This document shows positions 7,532 to 17,327 of a stretch of DNA of 37,716 nt, piece by piece. The position numbers and the translations under genes were made by a program. The notes beneath the pieces were generated by a model. The model saw nothing but the letters and a program-made list of their open reading frames with translations. It was not told the origin of the DNA and ran no database searches. Within the stretch, counting starts at the first letter, position 1. Every line of letters starts with the position of its first letter. The stretch is from positions 1 through 37,716 of the forward strand of contig JAYZGM010000230.1 of NCBI GenBank assembly GCA_036336225.1, in the 5' to 3' direction. The DNA comes from Acidobacteriota bacterium. GTDB lineage: Bacteria; Acidobacteriota; Vicinamibacteria; Vicinamibacterales; UBA8438.

Positions 7532-10500
7532 GTGCCGCGCCCATGGTCAGGGCAAGATTTCCACCCGCTCACGGCTGAGTGGTTTGGGAGTCGCTTTCCC
7601 GGCGCGACGATCCCCCAGCTCGAAGCCTGGCCTCTGATTCGCGACCGGCGCGACGTGCTGGTGTCCGCTCCAACCGGGTCGGGTAAGACCCTCGCTGCTT
7701 TTCTCATCTGTCTCGATCGCTTGGTGGCCAGCGGGTTGGATGCGGGGCTCGAGGACCGCATCCACGTCGTCTATGTGTCGCCGTTGAAGGCTCTGAGCAA
7801 CGACATCGCCAAGAATCTGGAGACACCATTGGCGGAGCTCCAGCAGCTCGCCACGACGCGCGGCCTCCCTCCCCCCGAGATTCGGGTCAGTGTCCGGACC
7901 GGCGACACGCCAGCGTGGGAACGAGAGCAAATGGTGCGGCGACCACCCCACATTCTGGTCACAACCCCTGAGTCCCTGTTTATCCTGCTGACGGCCGAAC
8001 GGAGCCGGGCGGCGTTCAAATACGCCACGACTGTGATCGTCGATGAGATTCATGCCTTGGTCGATGGCAAACGTGGATCTCATCTGGCGCTGACGCTCGC
8101 ACGTCTTGACCATCTGGTCAGGACGTGCACCGGGTGCCGACCCCAACGCGTCGGACTTTCGGCGACGGTGCGTCCGATCGCGGATGTGGCGCGGTTTCTG
8201 GCTGGGAGTTGGACGAGTGGCTCGAGTCCGACGGTGGTACCGAGGGACTCGGCCACCATCGCTGGTGTGACCGTCGTGGATTCAGGTCACCGACGGTCCC
8301 TGGACCTCGCGGTCGAGGTGCCGCGCGACGAGCTGGGCGTGGTGGCCACGAACGAGATGTGGGACGACATCTACGACCGGCTCGCCGAGCTGATCGGAGC
8401 GCATCGCACCACATTGATTTTTGTTAACACCCGCCGACTGTGCGAGCGAGTGGCACACCACCTCGAGGAGCGTCTTGGGGAAGAAACGGTCCTTGCACAT
8501 CACGGCAGTTTGTCGCGCCGGCTCCGTCAAACTGCCGAGTCGTGGCTCAAGACAGGTCGGCTTCGAGCCGTGGTGGCTACGGCGTCGCTAGAACTGGGCA
8601 TCGACATCGGCACCATTGACCTGGTGTGCCAGATCGGTTCGCCCCGGTCCATCGCGGTTACCTTGCAACGGGTTGGTCGCTCGGGGCACCACGTTGACAC
8701 GCCGGAGGCTCGACATACTCCTTGTGGTCGGTTGTTCGCCACTACCCGCGACGAGCTGATCGAGTGCGCGGCACTGGTTCGGGCTATCCGGCAAGGGCGG
8801 CTCGACCACCTGGAGATCCCTGATTGGCCGCTCGATGTACTCGCCCAACAGCTGGTCGCCACCTGTGCCTGTGAGACGTGGGCGCTAGATGAACTCTTCG
8901 AATTGGTCTGCTCCGCTTCCCCTTATGCTGAGCTGCCACGTTCGGCGTTCGATGCGGTGGTTGACATGCTGGCGGATGGCATCACGACATCTCGGGGCCG
9001 TCATGGCGCGTATCTCCATCGGGACCGGGTGAACCGCTCGGTCCGGGGCCGGCGCGGGGCTCGACTGGCCGCGATCACCGGCGGGGGCGCGATTCCGGAC
9101 AACGCGAACTACCTAGTGGTTGCCGAGCCTGAGCAGACCACGGTGGGTACCGTCGATGAGGATTTTGCGGTCGAGAGTCTGGCCGGCGACATCTTCTTGC
9201 TCGGGACAACATCGTGGCGGATTCGCCGAGTCGAGTCCGGCCGTCTCCGGGTCGAGGACGCGCACGGCGCGGCGCCGTCGCTTCCGTTCTGGCGTGGCGA
9301 AGCGCCGGGGCGTACGCCGGAATTGTCCGACGAGGTGGCGCGGCTTCGGGACGAGGTCGTCAGCCTGGCGCGGGCCGACGCCGACCCGCGACCCGTGACA
9401 CGTGACCCGGGTCGGGCGGTTGCCATGCTGGTCACTGACTGTGGGGTCGACCGGGCCGGGGCCGAACAGGTGGTCGCGTATTTGCGCGCTGGCGCCGCGG
9501 CGCTCGGGGCGGTGCCGACCCAGACCTCCGTGGTGGCCGAGCGGTTCTTCGATGAAGGTGGTGGGATGCAGCTCGTGGTTCACGCGCCTTTCGGCGCGCG
9601 TATCAACCGAGCCTGGGGTCTCGCGTTACGGAAGCGGTTCTGTCGTTCGTTCAACTTCGAGCTCCAGGCGGCCGCGACCGACAACGGCATCCTCATTTCT
9701 TTGGCCGAACAACACAGTTTTCCCCTTGAGGTCATTTTCGAGTTCTTGCATGTCGATACGGTCGAAGATGTCCTGACACAAGCGATGCTGCCGTCGCCGA
9801 TGTTTGGTGCGCGATGGCGCTGGAATGCGTCCCGAGCATTGGCCGTCTTGCGGTTCGCCGGAGGGCGCAAGGTCCCGCCGCCGATTCAGCGGATGCGGTC
9901 CGACGACCTCCTGGCGTCGGTGTTTCCGGACCAGTTGGCCTGTCAGGAGAACCTCACCGGCGAGATTCGGATTCCGGACCATCCGCTTGTCAATGAGACG
10001 ATCCGGGACTGTCTCCATGAGGCGATGGATCTCAACGGTCTTCGCCACGTGTTGGCCGGGATCGCGTCCGGGACGATCGTTACCCACGCGATCGATACGT
10101 CCGAGCCGTCGCCACTCTGTCACGAGATCCTGAACGCGAACCCGTATGCGTTTCTCGACGACGCCCCACTCGAGGAGCGTCGAGCCCGCGCCGTCCAGAT
10201 GCGTCGCACCCTGGGCCGGGAAGCGGGTGCGATCGGCGCGCTCGACCCGGCGGCGATTACGACGGTCGCTGACGAATGCTGGCCGGTCGTTCGCGACCCG
10301 GACGAACTGCACGATGCATTGCTGACCCTGGTGGCGGTCCCCCCGGCGGCGGAGTGGGCTAGCTGGTGGCCGTCTCTTGTCGTCGCCAAGCGCGCAGGCG
10401 AGCTCCGAGTCGGTCAGATGGTGTTCTGGGTTCCGACCGAGCACGTCGGGCTGATTCGATGTGTCTACCCGAACGCGTGTATCCATCCTTCGTTGCCGGA

Positions 10501-11944
10501 CATCGGTCAGACGTTGCCCGTCGACCAGGAGCACGGGGTGGCGGAACTTCTGCGTGGGTGGCTTGAGTCGAGCGGTCCTGAGACGGTATCGGCGCTAGCC
10601 TCGAGGTTGGCCTTGACAGAGGGGCAGATCGGGGCCGGCCTGGCGCGCCTCGAGGGAGAAGGGCAGGTCCTGCGTGGACACTTCAGGACGCGAGCTCCCA
10701 TTGGCGGTGCCTCCGGGCCTGAGGTGGAATGGTGTAACCGTCGGGTGCTCGCCCGTATTCATCGGCTCACGCTGGGTCATTTGCGTCGTGAAATCGAACC
10801 GGTCTCGGCGGCGCAGTTCATCAGGTTCTTGCATCGCTGGCAGCACCTGGCTCCCGGTACGTCCCTTCACGGCTCGGATGGGCTTCTCCAGGTTCTGAAA
10901 CAGCTCCAAGGTTACGAGATCTCCGGGGCTGCCCTCGAACACGACGTGCTCGCTCGGCGTGTGTCGTCCTACGAGCCCGAGATGCTCGACCGATTGTGTC
11001 TGTCGGGCGAGATCATGTGGGGACGCCTGTCACCGCATCCTGTGTTTCAATCTCACGCGGTGCTCGCGACGACCGAGGTGACCCGCCGCGAGGCAGCGCC
11101 TCGGGTTGAGCGTCGGCCGAAACGGGTGCGACCCACCCGCGTGGCACCGATCACCGCGTTTCTTCGGGCGGACGCCGACTGGCTGCTGGCCTGTGCCGGC
11201 CGGGCACGTAGGGTTCCCGACGCGACTGCGTTTTCCCACCCCGCGGCCGCCGTCTTGGAGGCGCTGACCACCCGGGGGGCCTCCTTTCTCCCAGAGCTGG
11301 TACGGGCCACCGGTCGGCTTCCTAGTGAGGTCGAGGATGGGTTGTGGGAGCTGGTCGCCGCTGGTCTCGTGACCGCAGATGGATTCGACAATCTCCGGGC
11401 GCTGGTCGACCCGAAGCGCCGACGGGGCGAAGGGCGGGGCCGCGCGGCACGGCCGCGGCACGCGGCCGGTCGGTGGGCCTTGCTGGGCAATGGCGAGTCC
11501 AGTGTGGGCGATCTGACCACGACCGGTGACGGACTGGTGCGAGACGACGTGGTGGCCAGATTTGCGGGACAGCTCCTCGATCGGTGGGGGATCGTGTTTC
11601 GCGACCTCGCGGCACGGGAATCGCTGGCACCACCGTGGCGTGAGTTACTCTGGGCGCTTCGCCGTATGGAAGCGCGTGGTGAGATCCGTGGCGGTCGTTT
11701 TGTCTCTGGCTTTGTCGGCGAGCAGTTCGCCCGGCCTGAGGCGGTTGAGCTGCTCCGCATCGTGCGTCGCGAAGAGACGTCCGGGTTCACGCTGCGAGTG
11801 GCGGCCGCAGACCCGATGAATCTGACCGGGGTTGTGTTACCCGGCCCTCGGGTCAGCGCAGTGACCGGCGGGTCAGTAGAGCTGCTGGTAACCGACCGAG
11901 TGCCACGTGCCGATGATCCTGGTGCGTCGTCACGTACCGCGTGA
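7532..11944 (+). CDS. lhr: Lhr-family large ATP-dependent DEAD/DEAH-box helicase
   Basis: 1470-aa ORF. Helicase motifs APTGSGKTLAAF, VIVDEIHAL, SLELGIDIG and QRVGRSGH. A long C-terminal extension is typical of Lhr (about 1500 aa). Confidence 0.92.
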   Translation: MPRPWSGQDFHPLTAEWFGSRFPGATIPQLEAWPLIRDRRDVLVSAPTGSGKTLAAFLICLDRLVASGLDAGLEDRIHVVYVSPLKALSNDIAKNLETPLAELQQLATTRGLPPPEIRVSVRTGDTPAWEREQMVRRPPHILVTTPESLFILLTAERSRAAFKYATTVIVDEIHALVDGKRGSHLALTLARLDHLVRTCTGCRPQRVGLSATVRPIADVARFLAGSWTSGSSPTVVPRDSATIAGVTVVDSGHRRSLDLAVEVPRDELGVVATNEMWDDIYDRLAELIGAHRTTLIFVNTRRLCERVAHHLEERLGEETVLAHHGSLSRRLRQTAESWLKTGRLRAVVATASLELGIDIGTIDLVCQIGSPRSIAVTLQRVGRSGHHVDTPEARHTPCGRLFATTRDELIECAALVRAIRQGRLDHLEIPDWPLDVLAQQLVATCACETWALDELFELVCSASPYAELPRSAFDAVVDMLADGITTSRGRHGAYLHRDRVNRSVRGRRGARLAAITGGGAIPDNANYLVVAEPEQTTVGTVDEDFAVESLAGDIFLLGTTSWRIRRVESGRLRVEDAHGAAPSLPFWRGEAPGRTPELSDEVARLRDEVVSLARADADPRPVTRDPGRAVAMLVTDCGVDRAGAEQVVAYLRAGAAALGAVPTQTSVVAERFFDEGGGMQLVVHAPFGARINRAWGLALRKRFCRSFNFELQAAATDNGILISLAEQHSFPLEVIFEFLHVDTVEDVLTQAMLPSPMFGARWRWNASRALAVLRFAGGRKVPPPIQRMRSDDLLASVFPDQLACQENLTGEIRIPDHPLVNETIRDCLHEAMDLNGLRHVLAGIASGTIVTHAIDTSEPSPLCHEILNANPYAFLDDAPLEERRARAVQMRRTLGREAGAIGALDPAAITTVADECWPVVRDPDELHDALLTLVAVPPAAEWASWWPSLVVAKRAGELRVGQMVFWVPTEHVGLIRCVYPNACIHPSLPDIGQTLPVDQEHGVAELLRGWLESSGPETVSALASRLALTEGQIGAGLARLEGEGQVLRGHFRTRAPIGGASGPEVEWCNRRVLARIHRLTLGHLRREIEPVSAAQFIRFLHRWQHLAPGTSLHGSDGLLQVLKQLQGYEISGAALEHDVLARRVSSYEPEMLDRLCLSGEIMWGRLSPHPVFQSHAVLATTEVTRREAAPRVERRPKRVRPTRVAPITAFLRADADWLLACAGRARRVPDATAFSHPAAAVLEALTTRGASFLPELVRATGRLPSEVEDGLWELVAAGLVTADGFDNLRALVDPKRRRGEGRGRAARPRHAAGRWALLGNGESSVGDLTTTGDGLVRDDVVARFAGQLLDRWGIVFRDLAARESLAPPWRELLWALRRMEARGEIRGGRFVSGFVGEQFARPEAVELLRIVRREETSGFTLRVAAADPMNLTGVVLPGPRVSAVTGGSVELLVTDRVPRADDPGASSRTA

Positions 11945-11980
11945 CGGAGTAGTCAGTGTGAGTACGAAGCGATTACACTG

Positions 11981-13840
11981 ATGACGACAACACATCAACC
12001 CATTTCCCCGAAACCCATGAATAGAGTCAACACCGCGCTGCTCACCACCCTCACCCTGGCGGCTGGCTTGACCGGATACGCCCGTGCTCAGACGGAGCTA
12101 ACGTCGGGGGCGTCGTCCCTCAGGACCAACGTCGAGATTCTCGCCGCCGACGCGTTGGAGGGCCGTTTCACCGGGAGCGACGGGATACGCCTGGCCGCAG
12201 ACCACATCATCGGTGAACTTCGTGCCATCGGGGCCCAGCCGATCCCGGGGGGTGAGGGGTATCGGCTCCCGTTCCAGTACACAGGTCGAGCGAGCGATGG
12301 GGGAACACGGCTTGAGATCGTAGGTGAATCCGGCACTCGGAGCTGGAACGACCCCGACCTGGTGCGTGGACTGTCGTTCTCGGAGTCGGCCGAGGTCACC
12401 GGGCCGCTCGTCTTTGCCGGCTATGGGTTGGTCGTCCCCGAGACCGACGGATTCAGCTACGACAGCTATGCGACGCTCGATGTTACTGACAAGATCGTAC
12501 TTGTGTTGCGTTATTTCCCCGAGGACAGTGAGGGGGATCTGAGGGCGTTGTTTTCGCGCTATGCCGGTCTCCGGTTCAAGGCCAGTGCCGCCCGTCAGCG
12601 CGGGGCCAAGGGGTTACTGGTCGTCACCGGGCCCCGGTCGCCAAACGCGGGGGCACTGGTGCGGATGACCGCCGATACGGCGGCGGCAGACTCTGGCATC
12701 GCGGGGGCCAGTATCACGGCCCGTGTGGCTGACGCGCTCTTCGAGCATGTTCCCGCCCGGACGCTCGAGGACGCCCAGGGCGAGCTCGACTCGGGGAACC
12801 CGCATGTCGCTGGATTTGACATGCCGGTTGAGGTGACGCTCGATGCGCGCGTCACACGGGAGCAACACACCGGATATAACGTCGTGGGCTACTTGCCACC
12901 GACAACGGCCGGCTCAGTGGACAAGCCGTATGTCATGTTGGGTGCGCACTATGACCACCTGGGCCGCGGAGAAAGCGGCGACTCCCTGGCGGGGGCCGAG
13001 GAAGCCGGGGAGATTCACAACGGCGCTGACGACAATGCGTCCGGCGTTGCCGCTGTGCTGGCGGCGGCCGGCGAGTTGGCGGACCAGGAGCGTCGTCGTG
13101 GCGTCATTTTGGCGCTGTGGTCGGGCGAGGAACTCGGGTTGCTTGGGTCAGCCGACTTTGTTGACAGCTCACCGGTGGCGATGTCCGAGGTGGCCGCGTA
13201 TGTGAACTTCGACATGGTGGGTCGGATGCGAGACAACGAGCTCACGGTGCAGGCGCTTGGTAGCAGCAGTGTCTGGCCGGAGCTTGTGGACGATCTCAAC
13301 GAGTCCTTCGGTTTTGACCTGCAGAGGGTGAATGATCCATATCTGCCGACCGATGCGATGAGTCTGCATCTTGCCGGTGTCCCCAGTCTCGCGTTGTTTA
13401 CCGGGAGCCACGAGGATTATCACCGTCCGAGTGACGACACCGAAACCGTGAATTTCACTGACTTGGATCGGGTGGCGCGTTACGGCGCCGCAGTTGCTGC
13501 CCACCTGATTAGGGAGACAACGGCTCCCGATTTCATCGACGTCGAACGAGAGCCACAGCAGGGCCAGGCGATGATGCGCGTGTCCACTGGCACGATTCCC
13601 GACTACAGCTCTGAAGTAGAGGGTCTCCTGTTGTCAGGTGTCATGGCCGGTGGGCCGGCCGAGGCGGCCGGACTCCAGGAGGGCGATATCATCGTGACGC
13701 TGGCCGGGCATGCAGTCGGAAACATCTACGACTACATGTTTGCGCTCGACCTCCTCAGGGTGGGGGAGCCCTCATCGGTCATCTTCCTCCGGAATGGGGA
13801 ACGCCTCGAAACCGAGCTTGTTCCGATGGCACGACCCTGA
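11981..13840 (+). CDS. Secreted M28-family metallopeptidase with PA domain and C-terminal PDZ domain
   Basis: Signal-like MNRVNTALLTTLTLAAGLTGYARAQ (possible start at 12017). PA-like VTGPLVFAGYGLVVPE...KIVLVLRY. M28 motifs GAHYDHLG, HNGADDNASGVAAVL, SGEELGLLGS and YHRPSDD. PDZ-like GGPAEAAGLQEGDIIVTLAG. Confidence 0.88.
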   Translation: MTTTHQPISPKPMNRVNTALLTTLTLAAGLTGYARAQTELTSGASSLRTNVEILAADALEGRFTGSDGIRLAADHIIGELRAIGAQPIPGGEGYRLPFQYTGRASDGGTRLEIVGESGTRSWNDPDLVRGLSFSESAEVTGPLVFAGYGLVVPETDGFSYDSYATLDVTDKIVLVLRYFPEDSEGDLRALFSRYAGLRFKASAARQRGAKGLLVVTGPRSPNAGALVRMTADTAAADSGIAGASITARVADALFEHVPARTLEDAQGELDSGNPHVAGFDMPVEVTLDARVTREQHTGYNVVGYLPPTTAGSVDKPYVMLGAHYDHLGRGESGDSLAGAEEAGEIHNGADDNASGVAAVLAAAGELADQERRRGVILALWSGEELGLLGSADFVDSSPVAMSEVAAYVNFDMVGRMRDNELTVQALGSSSVWPELVDDLNESFGFDLQRVNDPYLPTDAMSLHLAGVPSLALFTGSHEDYHRPSDDTETVNFTDLDRVARYGAAVAAHLIRETTAPDFIDVEREPQQGQAMMRVSTGTIPDYSSEVEGLLLSGVMAGGPAEAAGLQEGDIIVTLAGHAVGNIYDYMFALDLLRVGEPSSVIFLRNGERLETELVPMARP

Positions 13841-14260
13841 TTTGATGCGCGCGGCTCGAGTAAACTCGTGGGTCGCCGTGTCCCTCGCCAGTTGAGAGTG
13901 AAGCGGTATTCTTGGCGCGCCCTGCCGGCGTTGGGGAATGCGCGTTCCACGACGCCGGCACGTGTTGTACCGAGATGACTGGAGGTATCACATCGCGTCG
14001 CCTCCGTGGGCCGCGAGCCTACCCCCGTCACGATGATGCGCCAGTCCTGTCCACGGCCGGGACGACCGGTCACGTGGTGGTCTTCCGACACTTTCCCAGC
14101 CGGCGCCGCCGGGGTGTCACGGTCGTGATCCCTCGGCCGTTCGTCGACACCGTCGGTGACGACGAGTAGCCGGGACCGGAGGGCCTGCGAAAGACCGTTT
14201 TCCTACCGAGCGTCGGGGCTATGCTAGCGACGCTTCCCGAGGCGGTGCCACTGAGCACGC

Positions 14261-14467
14261 TCAGCTGGGCCGTTGTTTGAAATCGGCGTGGAGTGACCAG
14301 AGTGGAAGCTGGCGGTCCGTGTGCGACGCTCCTCTCAGAAGCTCGATCTTGACCGGCATGGTCAGGCCGACCTCATCGTTATCCAAGAGGCCGGCCAAGT
14401 GCTTGGCCTGAGCCGACTGGCGTTCGCGAAAGGCGGTAATCCAGACCGACGTATCGACACAAACCAT
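14261..14467 (-). pseudogene. Truncated PIN-domain (VapC-like) toxin remnant
   Basis: The 68-aa ORF MVCVDTSVWITAFRERQSAQAKHLAGLLDNDEVGLTMPVKIELLRGA... matches the first half of a PIN domain (the VDTSV acidic-residue motif). It stops about 60 residues short. Only 86 nt separate it from the acs stop, too little for an antitoxin. A 20-codon ORF (14486..14548, MMGSVSLDVDTARSRCGPRP) may be an antitoxin stub. Confidence 0.6.
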
Positions 14468-14553
14468 CGCCCGCCCCGTTGACGTTTATGGCCGGGGGCC
14501 GCAGCGCGATCTGGCCGTGTCGACGTCGAGCGAGACCGAACCCATCATTATCC

Positions 14554-16518
14554 TTACACCCTCCCGCTGACCAGCGAATCGACCACGCCCGGCTCCGCCA
14601 GCGTCGAGGTGTCACCGAGATCGGACACGTTGCCTTCGGCGATCTTGCGCAAGATGCGACGCATGATTTTGCCTGACCGCGTCTTGGGCAAGCCCTCCGT
14701 GAACTGGATCTTCTCGGGCGCGGCGTGCGGACCGATGTCGTTCCGGACCGCCTTGACGATTTCCGCCTTCATCTCGTCGGTTGCCGTCTGGCCGGTCTTG
14801 AGTGTGACATACGCGTAGATGGCGTTACCTTTGATCTCGTGTGGGTAGCCGACGACGGCGGCTTCGGCCACGGTCGAGTATCTGCCGATGGCCCCTTCGA
14901 TCTCGGCCGTGCCCAGGTTGTGCCCCGAGACGATGATGACGTCGTCGACACGTCCCGTGATCCAGTAGTAGCCGTCCTTGTCACGCAGGCAGCCGTCGCC
15001 TGGAAAATACTTTCCTGGGAATCGCGCGAAATATGTATCGAAGAAGCGCTGCTTGTCGCCGTAGACACCCCGCATCTGACCCGGCCACGACTCGAGGATG
15101 CAGAGGTTCCCCCGAACGTCGTTCCCTTCGAGCACGTTTCCAGTGTCATCGACAAGTGCTGGCTTGATCCCAAAGAGCGGAAAGGTGGCCGAGCCCGGCT
15201 TTGTCGGGGTTGCGCCTGGGAGTGGCGAGATGAGAATACCGCCGGTCTCGGTTTGCCACCAGGTGTCGACAATCGGGCATCGCCCACCCCCGATGACGTT
15301 GTGATACCACGTCCACTCTGGTGACTTGATCGGCTCACCCACGGTGCCGAGCAGACGCAGACTGCTCAGGTCATGTTGCTTCGGGTAGTCGTCGCCCTCT
15401 TTCATCAGGGCACGCAGGGCGGTCGGCGCCGTGTAAATGATGTTGACCTTGTGCTTCTCGCAGATCTGCCAGAATCGTCCCCAATCGGGGTAGTTCGGCA
15501 CACCCTCATACATCATCGTGACGGCGCCGTTGGCGAGTGGGCCGTAGGTAATGTAGCTATGCCCGGTGACCCATCCGATGTCGGCTGTGCACCAGTAGAT
15601 GTCGCCCGGATGATAGTCGAAGACATAGTTGAAGGTCGTCGCGACGTAGGTGATGTACCCACCGGTCGTGTGCAGTACCCCCTTGGGCTTGCCGGTGGAG
15701 CCTGACGTGTACAGGATGAACAGTGGGTCTTCTGCGTCCATGGGCTCGGGCGGGCATGTCGCGTCCGCAGCGGTGAGCGCCTCGTGCCACCACACGTCTC
15801 GACCATCGACCATGTCGACAGCGGAGTCGGTGCGCTTGACGACCAGTATCTTCTCGATGCTTGGTGTCTGCTCGACCGCCTTGTCGGCGTTCGCCTTCAT
15901 GGCGATGTCCAGCTTGGCTCCACGAACACCCGTGTTTTGGGTGATGATTGCCTTGCACTCCGAGTCGTTGATCCGAGTGACGAGGCTGTCTGCGGTAAAG
16001 GCGCCGAAGACGATAGAGTGGATGGCGCCGATGCGGGCGCAGGCGAGCATGGCCACCACGAGCTCCGGAATCATCTGCATGTAGATACAGACGCGGTCAC
16101 CTTTGACGATCCCGAGGTTCTTGAGCGCATTGGCGGCCCGTTGCACTTCGGCGTGCAGCTCGGCGTAGGTGTAGGTCTTGCTCTCGGTCGGGTCGTTGCC
16201 TTCCCAGATCAGGGCCGCGTTGTCGCCCCGTCCGGCTTCGACGTGCCGGTCGACGCAGTTGTAACAGACGTTCAGCTTGCCTCCGAGATACCAGGCGATC
16301 TCGGCCGTGTGATAGTCCACCTGTCGCACGGTGTGCCACTTCTCGAGCCAGGTGATCCGCTGTTCGGCCTGCTCGGCCCAGAAGCCCTCGGGGTCGCCGA
16401 CCGAACGGTCGTACAGTGCGCGATATTCGTCGAGCGACTTGACCTGGGAGCGGGCGGTGTAGGCCGCCGGTGGGTTGTAGGCAGGTGCTTCGTCAAAGCT
16501 CTCAGCCTTGTTGGCCAC
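14554..16518 (-). CDS. acs: Acetyl-coenzyme A synthetase (AMP-forming)
   Basis: 654-aa ORF that reads like canonical Acs throughout: [71 protein letters not shown] and [17 protein letters not shown]. Confidence 0.97.
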   Translation of the reverse strand: MANKAESFDEAPAYNPPAAYTARSQVKSLDEYRALYDRSVGDPEGFWAEQAEQRITWLEKWHTVRQVDYHTAEIAWYLGGKLNVCYNCVDRHVEAGRGDNAALIWEGNDPTESKTYTYAELHAEVQRAANALKNLGIVKGDRVCIYMQMIPELVVAMLACARIGAIHSIVFGAFTADSLVTRINDSECKAIITQNTGVRGAKLDIAMKANADKAVEQTPSIEKILVVKRTDSAVDMVDGRDVWWHEALTAADATCPPEPMDAEDPLFILYTSGSTGKPKGVLHTTGGYITYVATTFNYVFDYHPGDIYWCTADIGWVTGHSYITYGPLANGAVTMMYEGVPNYPDWGRFWQICEKHKVNIIYTAPTALRALMKEGDDYPKQHDLSSLRLLGTVGEPIKSPEWTWYHNVIGGGRCPIVDTWWQTETGGILISPLPGATPTKPGSATFPLFGIKPALVDDTGNVLEGNDVRGNLCILESWPGQMRGVYGDKQRFFDTYFARFPGKYFPGDGCLRDKDGYYWITGRVDDVIIVSGHNLGTAEIEGAIGRYSTVAEAAVVGYPHEIKGNAIYAYVTLKTGQTATDEMKAEIVKAVRNDIGPHAAPEKIQFTEGLPKTRSGKIMRRILRKIAEGNVSDLGDTSTLAEPGVVDSLVSGRV

Positions 16519-16625
16519 GGTCCTCTCCTATGAATAGCGCAGTCGCGATCCCACAGCATACCCTGGAACAGGCTCGGTATCCGTGGGGTTTGCTGGAACT
16601 TTCGGGCTCGTCCCTGGCTGGTCTT

Positions 16626-17021
16626 CTAGTTCTCGAAGAGCTTGAATCCTCCCGCGACGAAGTCTGTGTCGAACGCGAACGCCGTCCGCAGGTGTCGCCG
16701 TCTCATGACCAGGAAGCTGATGTGATCGACAAGGCTGACGCGCCGCTTCCGGGAGCGGGATAGCTCTTGCACACCGGCCGTATGCAAATCGCTGTCTACC
16801 CACTCAACGCGGAATGTTGTCGCGTCTTTGGAGAGTTTGGTTGCTGCCCCGAACCCGAGGCGCGCGTGTAGCAAGGCCATGGCTTCGACGAGCACATAGT
16901 TGTGGGTGAGTAGGATTTCATCCGCCTCGAGGATCCTCTGAAGGCGCCGGACGGCGGTCTCGTGATTCGCGTCTGCCGTGTCCGCCCATGCGTAGATCGC
17001 CGACGTGTCCAAAAAGATCAC
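16626..17021 (-). CDS. vapC: PIN-domain ribonuclease toxin (VapC family)
   Basis: 131 aa, starting MIFLDTSAIYAWADTADANH. Its start overlaps the upstream antitoxin stop by 4 nt (ATGA). Size and acidic-residue pattern are typical of PIN toxins. Confidence 0.85.
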   Translation of the reverse strand: MIFLDTSAIYAWADTADANHETAVRRLQRILEADEILLTHNYVLVEAMALLHARLGFGAATKLSKDATTFRVEWVDSDLHTAGVQELSRSRKRRVSLVDHISFLVMRRRHLRTAFAFDTDFVAGGFKLFEN

Positions 17022-17272
17022 GACTCGAAGGCCTCGGCAAGCGCGTCGTCATGTTTCTCCGAGACGGGTGCTAGCCGGCCGCGCCTAGAATGACCCGCCC
17101 CGACCGACGCGAGCGCGCGGACGTCGCGGGGGCGCGTCCGCGACGTCTCCCCGTCGAGACCGATGGAGACGAAGTCCCGTACAAGCGAGGCCACTGAGCG
17201 GTGCTCGTGAAACGCCCGCTTCCGAAGCCGCTCGTAAGTGTCTTCATTGAGCTGGATCAGTGTGCGTATCAT
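17018..17272 (-). CDS. vapB: Ribbon-helix-helix (CopG/VapB-like) antitoxin
   Basis: 84 aa. MIRTLIQLNEDTYERLRKRAFHEHRSVASLVRDFV fits a beta-strand, helix, helix RHH fold. It is translationally coupled to the PIN gene. Confidence 0.75.
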   Translation of the reverse strand: MIRTLIQLNEDTYERLRKRAFHEHRSVASLVRDFVSIGLDGETSRTRPRDVRALASVGAGHSRRGRLAPVSEKHDDALAEAFES

Positions 17273-17278
17273 GCAATA

Positions 17279-17292
17279 ATGATATCATGATA
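17279..17292. promoter_or_regulatory. AT-rich overlapping palindromes (candidate vapBC operator)
   Basis: ATGATATCATGATA contains the palindromes TGATATCA (17280-17287) and TATCATGATA (17283-17292). It lies 7-20 nt upstream of the vapB ATG, in an otherwise GC-rich window. Autoregulated TA promoters typically carry such palindromes. Confidence 0.35.
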
Positions 17293-17327
17293 ACTCCCCG
17301 CAAAAATTCAGTGAGGACCGGGAAACC

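Noticed and set aside
9626-10534. 302-aa minus-strand ORF (and others such as 7547-8146 and 11053-11790) inside lhr
   Set aside because: Lhr helicase motifs and a continuous 1470-aa frame occupy the plus strand. The antisense ORFs are low-complexity, Arg-rich shadow.
15784-16533. 249-aa plus-strand ORF and several others inside acs
   Set aside because: acs on the minus strand is unambiguous from end to end, so these are antisense shadows.
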